A DNA stretch of 64,000 bases from sequence record ON529860.1; one strand, 5' to 3'. Numbering within the stretch: the first letter of the stretch is position 1; each line of letters opens with the position of its first letter. The position numbers were made by a program, and so were the translations under genes. Positions 25,398-33,548 of this stretch are shown piece after piece. The notes under the pieces were generated by a model. The model was not told where the DNA came from. It searched no databases and saw only the letters and a program-made list of their open reading frames with translations.

Positions 25398-25946
25398 TTA
25401 CTTGGCCTTGCGACCGCGACGGGGAGTCTTGGAGACGGCGGTCGTGTCGGCGGCTTCGGCGACAGCCGAAACGTCAATGGCGTCCTCGTTGTCCAGGTCC
25501 GACGAGTCGTCGGCCGGGGCGGCGGAGAAGTCCTTCACCTCGGGCTCCGGCAGGTGGGCGGCGGCGGCCGCAGCAGCGGCGGCCTTGGCCTGCACTTCAG
25601 CCTGGGCTGCCGCAGCAGCTTGGGCGGCGGCGGCTTCCAGAGCCTGCTGCTGAGCGATCGCGGCGGCCATGGCGGCTTGCTGTTGTTGCAGGGCCTGGGC
25701 GGCCTGCGACGCGGCCGGCGACTGCCCGTTCTCGTCCTTGCCGGTGGCGCGGTCGAGCACGCGCTGCGAGGGCGCGGGGCCTTCCGGCGGGGTCACAGTG
25801 GCGAAGGGCGCGTAGGCGGCCGGGTTCGCCGGGACGAAGCGAGTCCACGAATAGCCGGCGCCGACGACGAGGTCACGCGCGTTGGGGCGGGTGTGACGTT
25901 CGGGGTTGCCGTTGGAGTCGTAGATGATGACGGTGTTGTCGGCCAT
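25398..25946 (-). CDS. Ala/Gln-rich hypothetical protein
   Basis: MADNTVII start; low-complexity coiled region; basic tail TPRRGRKAK. Confidence 0.7.
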   Translation of the reverse strand: MADNTVIIYDSNGNPERHTRPNARDLVVGAGYSWTRFVPANPAAYAPFATVTPPEGPAPSQRVLDRATGKDENGQSPAASQAAQALQQQQAAMAAAIAQQQALEAAAAQAAAAAQAEVQAKAAAAAAAAAHLPEPEVKDFSAAPADDSSDLDNEDAIDVSAVAEAADTTAVSKTPRRGRKAK

Positions 25947-26017
25947 GTGCGGCGTAAATCCTGCGTATCGGGTAGATGCGAAAAAGGGCGCAGTCGAGCC
26001 GCGCGAGACTAGGCTTT

Positions 26018-26047
26018 CTGGCATGAATCCTGCTCAAAGTCAAGATT
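26018..26047 (-). promoter_or_regulatory. candidate late promoter AATCTTGAC-N11-TTCATGCCAG
   Basis: Same bipartite motif and spacing upstream of the portal gene (50007-50036). Confidence 0.5.
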
Positions 26048-26088
26048 TCCAGCACTGAGCGCCAGGAATCACGGCAATCAGAGTCCCC

Positions 26089-26137
26089 TTGACGAGCGAT
26101 CTAATCTCGATCTAAATCCGATCGTCTTTAGATCGAG
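26089..26137 (+). promoter_or_regulatory. plus-strand promoter overlapped by an 11-bp inverted repeat
   Basis: TTGACG(26089)-N17-CTAAAT; CTCGATCTAAA/TTTAGATCGAG at 26106-26137. Confidence 0.55.
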
Positions 26138-26146
26138 AGGAAACCC

Positions 26147-26317
26147 ATGGACAAACTGTATAGCTGGTCGAGCAAGCGCGCCGGCGGCCGCATCACCATC
26201 AAGCATGCGACCGGAAAGATCGTGAACGTGGACGTGATCGAACCCATCAACGGCAAGGTCGTCGCGATCGACAAGGACGGCCGGTCCTATGAACTGGTCG
26301 TCGCTCCGCCGATTTGA
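26147..26317 (+). CDS. 56-aa beta-rich protein, the only supported plus-strand CDS
   Basis: GAGAGG SD; MDKLYSWSSKRAGGRITIKHATGKIVNVDVIEPINGKVVAIDKDGRSYELVVAPPI. Confidence 0.75.
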   Translation: MDKLYSWSSKRAGGRITIKHATGKIVNVDVIEPINGKVVAIDKDGRSYELVVAPPI

Positions 26318-26353
26318 TCCACATATCCACAACAGCCCCGCTTCTGTGGATAA
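26315..26353. promoter_or_regulatory. three DnaA-box-like sites
   Basis: TGATCCACA 26315-23, ATATCCACA 26323-31, TGTGGATAA (reverse complement TTATCCACA) 26345-53. Confidence 0.6.
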
Positions 26354-26367
26354 GTCAGGATTCCTGA

Positions 26368-26396
26368 TTGACGCTCCAGGGCGACCCCGCTACATC
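26368..26396 (+). promoter_or_regulatory. sigma70 promoter of the large RNA
   Basis: TTGACG-N15-GCTACATC matches the Caulobacter TTGACG...GCTANAWC consensus. Confidence 0.8.
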
Positions 26397-26401
26397 CCTA
26401 A

Positions 26402-26913
26402 TCGTCGCTTCGGAAACGGAGCGGCCGGCAACCGGGCCTCGGCCCTACTAGCCGGGCTTCCAAGGGTATGCGGCCTCCGGGCTGATCCCACGGGAGTTGA
26501 GACCGGACGCCGGGGTGACCCGGTCCATCCGCCGAGACATGGTATCTCAAGGCTGCCGCAGCCCAAGAGACCACCCCTCGGACCGCCCGAGGCCGTAAGG
26601 CTGGAGGTCAGGAGTCTCAGGAGATCGGTCAGCAATGATCCGGTCGACCCTAAGGCGTCGCGGACTTCGCATCCTCGGGTGCGGGAGCCAAGATGTAGAG
26701 ATGCGGGTCTAGGCGTCACAGCTTCGACCTCCAGGTATGAGCCCCTCCACGGCGACGTGAAGGAAGCGTCAGCCTCACCTTCTTCGGGGAAACCTGATGC
26801 CCTGGTGAACTCTCCTGCCCAGACTGTAATGGTCGAAAGCAGGCGCGAAGTCGGACCAGAACCAGATTGTCGGGAAGGCCCGCCTCGTATCTTCGGATGC
26901 AGGCGGGCCTTTT
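26402..26913 (+). ncRNA. ~510-nt large structured non-coding RNA of unknown family
   Basis: Bounded by a promoter and terminator, no plus-strand ORF of 60 aa or more, multiple GNRA/UNCG hairpins and long-range helices. Confidence 0.7.
26876..26913 (+). terminator. intrinsic terminator (plus strand)
   Basis: AGGCCCGCC...cTTCGg...GGCGGGCCT-TTT. Confidence 0.8.
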
Positions 26914-26925
26914 GCGTTCTGCGCC

Positions 26926-26958
26926 AAGAAAAAAGGGCCGCCCCTAGAGGCGGCCCTT
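26926..26958 (-). terminator. intrinsic terminator (minus strand, convergent)
   Basis: AAGGGCCGCC-TCTAGG-GGCGGCCCTT-TTTT. Confidence 0.85.
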
Positions 26959-26963
26959 GTGGT

Positions 26964-27899
26964 TCAGGTCGACACCGTGAACGTCACCTCGACGGGAGGC
27001 GAGGTCCGCGTGATGGTGGTCGCGGTCAGGGTGACCGTGAAGTCGCCGCCGACGTAGCCGTGGCGGTAGAAAGACAGGCGCTGGATGTTCTGATAGACGA
27101 ACCCATCCGTCGTTCCGTCGACAATGTCGATGCCCTCGGACGGATTCTCCAGGTGGACCTTGCCGGCGGCGTCGGTGCGCAGCGTCAGCACCAGGTCGTT
27201 TTCCGGAGCCTTGGCGGTCACGGTCAGCGTAATCGCATAGAGTTCCGTCAACTTCTTGCCCGAGACCTTGTTGGTCAAGCCGAAGCTGAACGGGATGATC
27301 CAGTCGCGCCCGGCGGCGTTCGGCAGGGCGTACACACCCTCGACCGGCGTGACGACCGTCAGATCGTTCGGGTAGCGGGCGGCTCCGGCCAGTTCGATTT
27401 CGCCGTTCGAGGCGACCGTCATCCCGCCGATCGGATTGCCGGAGCCGTGGGTCAGGTAGCCTTCGGGCGACTGGAAGGCCGGCTCGGCGTCCGGCGTCAC
27501 CTCAGGCTCGACAAGTTCAGCCGCCGCGACGACGGTGATCTCGTAGGTTTCCTCGACCGTTTCCAAGCCGTTATGGGCTCGGACCGTGACGGACAGCGGG
27601 TCCAGGGCGGAGGTTTCGACCGCGCCTGCCACAAAGCGGGTCCCATCTAGGGCGATGCGCCCGCCGGCGTCGTCGATCAGGGTCAGGGTGGCGTCGGGGT
27701 CGGACAGGTAGACTTCGCCTACCGGCGCCCCCGCCTCGGATTCCGCCGCCAGCGTGCCGCCGCTGTAGAACAGGCGCAAGGGCAGCCGGCCCTGGCTTCC
27801 GGCGCCGCTCATGCGGCCCGAGATACGGCGCGGCGTGGGGTCGCCCGGAGAGGCTTTCGCCAGGGCGGAGAGATTGATACGGCGAGTACGCACAGCCAT
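26964..27899 (-). CDS. cadherin/Ig-like domain putative virion protein
   Basis: ESEAGAPVGEV.LSDPD...LIDDAGGRIAL.G.......SVTVRA......EETYEITV cadherin-like repeat. Confidence 0.7.
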   Translation of the reverse strand: MAVRTRRINLSALAKASPGDPTPRRISGRMSGAGSQGRLPLRLFYSGGTLAAESEAGAPVGEVYLSDPDATLTLIDDAGGRIALDGTRFVAGAVETSALDPLSVTVRAHNGLETVEETYEITVVAAAELVEPEVTPDAEPAFQSPEGYLTHGSGNPIGGMTVASNGEIELAGAARYPNDLTVVTPVEGVYALPNAAGRDWIIPFSFGLTNKVSGKKLTELYAITLTVTAKAPENDLVLTLRTDAAGKVHLENPSEGIDIVDGTTDGFVYQNIQRLSFYRHGYVGGDFTVTLTATTITRTSPPVEVTFTVST

Positions 27900-28055
27900 G
27901 GTGAGTTTCCTTGTCGCGTAGAAAGAGGTGATCGGCCGCTACCCGATCCGACGTCGTTCGACCTTATGTCCTGGCCGACGTCCGCGCCGCGCGGTCCCAC
28001 AGACCTCGCGATCTGCTCCATATTTACCCAGCGCGGGGCGTAAACGCGCTGCATG

Positions 28056-28083
28056 AAAAAGGCCGCCCCTTTCGAGGCGGCCT
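28056..28083 (-). terminator. terminator after the capsid genes
   Basis: AGGCCGCC-TCGAAAGG-GGCGGCCT-TTTT. Confidence 0.8.
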
Positions 28084-28112
28084 CAATCGTTACCCGAAGG
28101 TGAAGGCCTGGA

Positions 28113-28541
28113 TTAGGCCTTCGAGTTCGGGGCGGCGAACGCGTAGTACGACACCGTGCCCGTGGTCGGCTCGACGTCGGCGAAGACGCGGATGCCGGCG
28201 GCGTCGGCGTCAGCCGCAGCCAGGGTGGCGGGATCGAACTTCAGCACGAAGGTCTTGCCGGCGACGGCAGTGACCGAACCACCGGGGGCGTCGACCGGGT
28301 TGGCGCCAGCGGCGTCAACGGTCTGGACCTTGAGGGTGGCGTCCGTGGCGGCGTCGACGACGATGACGACGTCGAACGGCGTTTGGCCGTACAGGTTCTT
28401 CAGGTCGCCGCGACCAGCGGTCAGGCGGTGAAGGTCGACGACCAGGCCGCCGGGGCCATCAGCCGTGACGGCGGTGGCGCGATCATCGATCGAACGGAGC
28501 GCCAGAAGGGCGTCATAACCGTGCTTGATCTTGGAGTTCAT
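28113..28541 (-). CDS. minor capsid protein (phiCbK gp69-like)
   Basis: MNSKIKHGYDALLAL...AVTADG...GRGD...FDVVI...F.PATL...DADAA...YAFAAPNS; directly after the major capsid gene. Confidence 0.85.
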   Translation of the reverse strand: MNSKIKHGYDALLALRSIDDRATAVTADGPGGLVVDLHRLTAGRGDLKNLYGQTPFDVVIVVDAATDATLKVQTVDAAGANPVDAPGGSVTAVAGKTFVLKFDPATLAAADADAAGIRVFADVEPTTGTVSYYAFAAPNSKA

Positions 28542-28617
28542 CTTGAGATGTCCGTTTCGAAGGTTTTGTAGAGAGAAAGCCGGGGTGGCCGAAGCCACCC
28601 CTTAGCCATCATCGCCC

Positions 28618-29553
28618 TTAGGCGACGACGGCAGCCTTCTTGATGCCCCAGACGCGAGCGGCGGCGCGGCCCGACAGCACCGCGAGGCTGATCAGCCACT
28701 CGATGCGGGTACGGTAGACCGGCTTGTCGTTGACTTGGCCGAGGTCGTCGACTTCCATCACGCCGTTTTGCAGGCCCATGACGCCCGAGTCGCCGATGTT
28801 CACGACGTAGATCGAGGTGCCGACAGCGGCGCCGCCACCGGGGTTCGCTTCGTTGAAGTCGATGACCTGGGTGTTGGTGTCGTCGTAGTCGGTGGTCAGG
28901 ATGGGCAGGTCGTTGTAGAACGCGATGCGCTCACCGAACTCGTTCTTGTCCCAGGTGATGAAGCCGGCAACCGACGTCTGGCGCGAAGCGGCCGACAGCA
29001 GGTTACGCATGCGCTTCGACATGATCAGGTGCGTGGCACCGTCAACGGCGTCGATGGCTTCGTCCAGGACTTGCAGCGACAGAGCGTCGCCGCCGGCCGA
29101 GGCGCCAGCCGGGATCAGTTGGTCGCCGACGATGCGCTTGCGCAGGCCGTCGAATTCACGCGGATCAGCTTCCGAGTCGCCGGTGATGATCTTGCCAGCC
29201 AGGAACAGCGAGAGGGCCTTGACCTTCATCTTTTCCTGCATGGTGCGGATGTTCGCGCCATGGGTCTTGATCAGCGCCTTGTCGACGTCCAGGTCGCCGC
29301 CGACGATCTTCAGAACTTCGACCTGCGAGTTGATGACGCCGACGCCGTTGCCGTAAGCTTCGTTGAAGCCACGGAACGCAACGCCCGGCAGTTGGCCTTC
29401 CTGGGTGTAGGTGTACGAGCCACCCGGAACATCCATGAACGGCAGGACCTTCAGGAGGTCCGGATAGGCGAAGAGTTCGATGATCGCCGAACGCTTGACC
29501 TCGTCGTTGCCCATCGCCAGATCGGCGGCTTCGAGCAGAGTGAGAGCAGCCAT
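28618..29553 (-). CDS. major capsid protein (phiCbK gp68-like)
   Basis: MAALTLL.AA..A.GNDEVKR...VAFRG.NE.Y...GGDLDVDK...EFDGLRKRI...RTRIEWL..LAVLSGR.AARVWGIKKAAV. Confidence 0.95.
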   Translation of the reverse strand: MAALTLLEAADLAMGNDEVKRSAIIELFAYPDLLKVLPFMDVPGGSYTYTQEGQLPGVAFRGFNEAYGNGVGVINSQVEVLKIVGGDLDVDKALIKTHGANIRTMQEKMKVKALSLFLAGKIITGDSEADPREFDGLRKRIVGDQLIPAGASAGGDALSLQVLDEAIDAVDGATHLIMSKRMRNLLSAASRQTSVAGFITWDKNEFGERIAFYNDLPILTTDYDDTNTQVIDFNEANPGGGAAVGTSIYVVNIGDSGVMGLQNGVMEVDDLGQVNDKPVYRTRIEWLISLAVLSGRAAARVWGIKKAAVVA

Positions 29554-29871
29554 GCTACTGTATCCTCAGAGTTTTTAATGGTGGTCGCGATTGAGGAGGC
29601 GGCCCCCGCCTCGGGCTCCCCCTCGGACCGACCACCGGCACCCGAGGGAATGAGTGAGGAGTCATGTTTCCCAAGGAAACGTGACTCCGTTCTTGTTTCG
29701 CGGATCGCCATGCGGGCGCTCGACGCGGAAAGTGGGTTGCCCATTCGGGCGAAATCTGTGCCGGCAGTTTACGAGGGCCGGCGGCTCGGCGGGCTGTTTA
29801 AGGAGAGCCCGCAGTCTCCGATCGACGGTGCCGCCGATCACCTCTTGGCGGAGAGGAACCCGTGGGCGGCC

Positions 29872-30666
29872 TTAGTTCAGGCGCGCACCCTTGTCGCCGT
29901 TCGCCAGGGCCAGCTTGTCGTTGGCCGACATGCCGCGCATCTCGGCGGTCGTCTTGCCGAGCGGGCCGCGCTGGTCGCTACCGCCACCACCGCCGGCGCC
30001 GCCGCCGTGCGTGCCCTTGAACATGTGCGGGGCTTCGTCCTTCAGCTTCATGATCCACTCCTTGGGCGTCAGCGGCGAGCCGCCGTCAGCACCGTACAGT
30101 TGCAGATCGCCTTGGAACGCCAGCACACGGCCGTCGTCTTGGGCGCGCCACACATCGGCTGCGCGGGACAGGATGTCGCGAACCGCCGAGGGCTGGACAC
30201 CGAGTTCCGGGTCGATGATGGCGTCCTTGATCGCGGTCGACACCAGCGTGCGCTTGTGAACACCTTCGATCTCGCCGGCCTTGGTCTTCCAGAGCGCGCC
30301 TTCCTTCTGGGCGGCGCGAATCTGGTCCTCCAGGACCTTCTTCATGTCTTCAGTACGACGGATGACTTCTTCTTCGATCCGGCGGCTGTCGGTCAGTTGA
30401 CCGTCTTTGACGCGCTGCGAGGTAGCCCGCAGTTCAGTCAATTCGTTGGTGAAAGCGGTGGGGTCGTCGCCGACGATCGGCGCCAGGACCTCAACGGCCT
30501 TCTTGAGTTCGTCGCGCTCTTTGACGAGCCCGATGTTGGTTTCGCGGAACTCGTCCATCTTGTCCTGGGGGACCAGATTGATTTGGACCTTATCGCCGTC
30601 GGCCTTGGCGTAGCTGCGCAGGGCGTCCGGGATAGCGTCGAGCGAGTCGAACGTGAAAATCGGCAT
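29872..30666 (-). CDS. capsid scaffolding protein
   Basis: Coiled-coil ORF upstream of the MCP gene; KMDEFRETNI..., W...LK.EAPH.FK, Gly tract, C-terminal MSANDKLALANG. Confidence 0.8.
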   Translation of the reverse strand: MPIFTFDSLDAIPDALRSYAKADGDKVQINLVPQDKMDEFRETNIGLVKERDELKKAVEVLAPIVGDDPTAFTNELTELRATSQRVKDGQLTDSRRIEEEVIRRTEDMKKVLEDQIRAAQKEGALWKTKAGEIEGVHKRTLVSTAIKDAIIDPELGVQPSAVRDILSRAADVWRAQDDGRVLAFQGDLQLYGADGGSPLTPKEWIMKLKDEAPHMFKGTHGGGAGGGGGSDQRGPLGKTTAEMRGMSANDKLALANGDKGARLN

Positions 30667-30790
30667 AAGTGGATGTGTCTCTTGGACCCTGGACCCCAGG
30701 GCATGGCGCTACGACCCGTGCGTCGCGAGATGATGTGTGCGGACGACGCCTCGGGAGCGCAGTCCTATTCGGGATGAGCGGGACCCTAAC

Positions 30791-30854
30791 AAAAAAGATC
30801 GCCATTGTCAAGATTCTCAGCAAATAACGCTTGCAATCCTGACAATGGCGATCT
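30791..30854 (-). terminator. 20-bp-stem hairpin with U-tract, overlapping the scaffold-operon promoter
   Basis: AGATCGCCATTGTCAGGATT/AATCTTGACAATGGCGATCT; TTGACA-N17-TAGGGT at 30783-30811. Confidence 0.7.
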
Positions 30855-30885
30855 ACAGATGGGGGTTTGCCGGAAGTTCGGCGGT

Positions 30886-31455
30886 TTATTCGGCGAGACG
30901 CTGCTTCAATGTCTTGACAGGTTTGCGGTTCTTCCGGTCAATAACGAAGCCATAGCGGGCCATGTCGTTTTTAGACTTCGCCTTGTGGCACGGGTCCTTA
31001 CATAGTATCTGGACGTTCTCCGGCTCCCAGAACGACCAATCCCCAAAAGCCATGAAGAGGGGGATTACGTGATCCGCCTCCCATGCGTCGGACATATACT
31101 TCCAGACAGTACCGCACTCGGCGCATTCACCTTGGTCGCGGAAGAAGACATGCTGGCGCATGACCGCAGGATCAGATCGGAGCAAGTAGTTGCCGACGCA
31201 ACGCTTCGAACACCACGACCGCCGCAGGTTGAGCGTGCCATCCTTCTTCAGAATCCGGACGCCGCACCAGCGGCAATGGCCGGGCGGCTGGCGGTTGATC
31301 TTACTGGGATGGGTTCGGTGGTTATAGGACACAGGCAGTTTCGAGCCGCGCGGCTTCTTGGCGCGGCGAGGCCGGCGCGAGGTTGAGCGGCGGCGGCTAA
31401 CAGTACGGGACGTCGTCTTCGGAGGAGAGGCGCGCCGCGCGGGGCGGCGGGCCAT
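30886..31455 (-). CDS. HNH endonuclease with Arg/Lys-rich N-terminus
   Basis: CRWC...CSKRC zinc knuckle; RDQGECAEC...WEADHVIPL...NVQILC..CHKAKS. Confidence 0.9.
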   Translation of the reverse strand: MARRPARRASPPKTTSRTVSRRRSTSRRPRRAKKPRGSKLPVSYNHRTHPSKINRQPPGHCRWCGVRILKKDGTLNLRRSWCSKRCVGNYLLRSDPAVMRQHVFFRDQGECAECGTVWKYMSDAWEADHVIPLFMAFGDWSFWEPENVQILCKDPCHKAKSKNDMARYGFVIDRKNRKPVKTLKQRLAE

Positions 31456-31578
31456 CAGACGGTCTTCGGCTTTCGCCGGCTCCAGAAGAGGGCCGCCGCC
31501 GCGCGATGCGGCGAGCGGTCAAGCACCTTCTGCATCTCAGTCGCCAGGCGCGCGGCGCCCGGAAGGGTAGGATCGTAG

Positions 31579-32031
31579 TCAGTCATCAGTGAAGAGGTGA
31601 CGCAGCGCCATCGCGTCCCAGTAGGCGTTGTGCTGGACGGCGCCCTCCAGCGTGGTCGGATAGGCCTGGGCGCGGATCATCTCGAAGGTGAGGTGGCGCT
31701 TGGAGATCATCTCGCCCGGTCCGGTCATCAGGGCGCGGCAGAAGTAGGCGATGTCGTCGGGCCAGTCCGAGATGATGTGGGGGCGCTCATCGCCCAGCAG
31801 GAAGGCGGCGATGGTGCGGGCGGCGTTGGCCGGCGTCAGGTGATCCCAGATGGTCTGGGTCGCGGGGATAGAGCCCATCAGCGGCTTGACGTTCTCTTCC
31901 ACCCAGGGCGTGCAGGGTTGATAGGCCCGCTCCAGGATGATGTAGAGGGCGCGCCCGTCCTGGCGCACCAGGGCCAGGCTCAAGAGGTCTCCGCCGAAGC
32001 CGTCAAACTCGCAGTCGAGGAAGTAGTTCAC
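31579..32031 (-). CDS. DEDD-type 3'-5' exonuclease (Rv2179c-like)
   Basis: YFLDCEFDG, DWPDDI, HNAYWDA motifs. Confidence 0.8.
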   Translation of the reverse strand: MNYFLDCEFDGFGGDLLSLALVRQDGRALYIILERAYQPCTPWVEENVKPLMGSIPATQTIWDHLTPANAARTIAAFLLGDERPHIISDWPDDIAYFCRALMTGPGEMISKRHLTFEMIRAQAYPTTLEGAVQHNAYWDAMALRHLFTDD

Positions 32032-32276
32032 AGGAAGTAAATCCGTTGCTCTCGACCAGGAGAGAGCAGGGTGGGAAGCATCTCCACCAGCCAGCGCGAA
32101 TAGCCGTCGCGGGCGTCCTGGGTCTTCAGGCGGTGCTCCGGCGGCGAGACCACCAGGATGGTGTCAAATCGGGCGGCGGTGCAGGCCCCGACGACAAACA
32201 CCTTGATGTCGTCGCCCAGGGCCGGCGCCAGCCGATCGGCCTGTTTCGCGTCCCAGTGAAAAAGCGCGGTCTTCAC
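32028..32276 (-). CDS. hypothetical protein
   Basis: Overlapping operon packing. Confidence 0.6.
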   Translation of the reverse strand: MKTALFHWDAKQADRLAPALGDDIKVFVVGACTAARFDTILVVSPPEHRLKTQDARDGYSRWLVEMLPTLLSPGREQRIYFL

Positions 32277-32545
32277 GTCAACTTCCCCTTCAAGGCCGCC
32301 AGGTGGGCCAGGTTGTCGTGGTGGATGCGCATGGCGTCGAGCAGCGCTTCGTAGGCCGTGACGGCGTGCAGCCGCAGGTTCTCCAGGTCCGTGCCGCTGC
32401 GCCGGCCCTTGGCGGGCGCTTCGGTCATGGCGCTGTTGTAAGCGTTGTGGGCCAGGGCCTGCTCACGATGGACGATCGTGATCTGGGCCAGCGAGACCTT
32501 GGCCTGCTGGATCGCCTCGCGCAGCTTGTCCTTGCGGGTGCTCAC
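32273..32545 (-). CDS. hypothetical helical protein
   Basis: GTGA coupling. Confidence 0.6.
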   Translation of the reverse strand: MSTRKDKLREAIQQAKVSLAQITIVHREQALAHNAYNSAMTEAPAKGRRSGTDLENLRLHAVTAYEALLDAMRIHHDNLAHLAALKGKLT

Positions 32546-32979
32546 AGGCGGGTGTCCTCGTCGCCGTCGTCGGCGCCGACCCACTCGACGAACCGTACCT
32601 CATGTGGGTGCGCATCGGCAGGGGCGCGCGGCCCGAACATCGTCTCCAGGTCCCCCAGCGACCAGGGTCCGGTCGGGTTGGCGCGCAGGATGGCGTCGAT
32701 CTCTTCGGTCACGGCGTAATCCAGGCGTTCGATCACCGTGCGCAAGGTCAGCGCTTCGGCGTCGGCCTCGAACACTTCGGCCAGCAGCGCGTCGCTGAAG
32801 CGGGCGGACACGGCGGCAGGGGTGCTGTGGAGCACGGGCGACGCCGCCATCTCGGCCGTCAGGTGAACCGTTTCCGGCTCAGTGCGCACCAGGGCGTCGT
32901 AGAGGTCCGGGTCCGACAGATAGAGGGCGCGTTCGTCCCGCTCGGCGGCGATCTCGCCCAAGGTCTTGTCAGCCGACAT
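32542..32979 (-). CDS. hypothetical protein
   Basis: MSADKTLGE start; operon packing. Confidence 0.6.
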   Translation of the reverse strand: MSADKTLGEIAAERDERALYLSDPDLYDALVRTEPETVHLTAEMAASPVLHSTPAAVSARFSDALLAEVFEADAEALTLRTVIERLDYAVTEEIDAILRANPTGPWSLGDLETMFGPRAPADAHPHEVRFVEWVGADDGDEDTRL

Positions 32980-33391
32980 GGCGGTGCTCTTCTTCTTCAA
33001 CAGCTTGCTCGGCCTTGGGGCCGAGAGTGGCGCGGACCTGTTCGATCCAGGCGCGGTTGTCTTCCGCCGTCGCGGCGCGCGGCGGCAGGTGAGGACGAAA
33101 GCCGACGACTTCATGGGAGCCGGGGGCGTAGACGATCTCGACCGCCTCCGCGTGAGCGATGTCGCTCTCCAGTTCCTCGGCCGGGCCGGCGATCTCCAGA
33201 ATCGCCAGCGCCAGCCGACGCGCCAGGCGACGGTCGAACAGCATCGTGTTCTGCCCGGTCACGATCTCCACACAGCGACCGTCGGGGTTGCCGATCGTGC
33301 GGAAGACGTAGTGGAACCGGGGGTCCATCGCCTCGGTGCAGCGCCAGACCATGAGACCGGCCTGGATGGTCACGCTGAAGTCGTCGACCAA
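32969..33391 (-). CDS. hypothetical protein
   Basis: Operon packing. Confidence 0.6.
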   Translation of the reverse strand: MVDDFSVTIQAGLMVWRCTEAMDPRFHYVFRTIGNPDGRCVEIVTGQNTMLFDRRLARRLALAILEIAGPAEELESDIAHAEAVEIVYAPGSHEVVGFRPHLPPRAATAEDNRAWIEQVRATLGPKAEQAVEEEEHRHVG

Positions 33392-33548
33392 CGTCGTCAG
33401 CGCCGCGAGATCGGCTGCAAGGCGGAGGTGTTCATCAAGGCGCTACGCAGCGTCTTGTAGACCGGGACTTCGTAGACCTTCGGCGGCGCGCCGGTGCTGA
33501 AGTCATCGACGTAGGTGTATTGGATGGGGTCGGCCATGGAGGGTCTCG

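Noticed and set aside
3190-26387. 12-mer CCAGGGCGACCC shared by 3190 and 26376
   Set aside because: A match of this length is expected by chance in 64 kb of GC-rich DNA, and the contexts differ.
26402-26875. RNase P, SRP or group I/II intron identity for the large RNA
   Set aside because: No GAGGAAAGTCC, no complete SRP domain IV (only GAAGGAAGC), and no convincing P7 or domain V; not interrupting a gene.
26289-27650. Minus-strand ORFs 26289..27650 and 26390..26719 across the large RNA
   Set aside because: Out of frame with the real 26964..27899 gene, cross its terminator, and have non-protein-like composition; the strand asymmetry of the tetraloops favours a plus-strand RNA.
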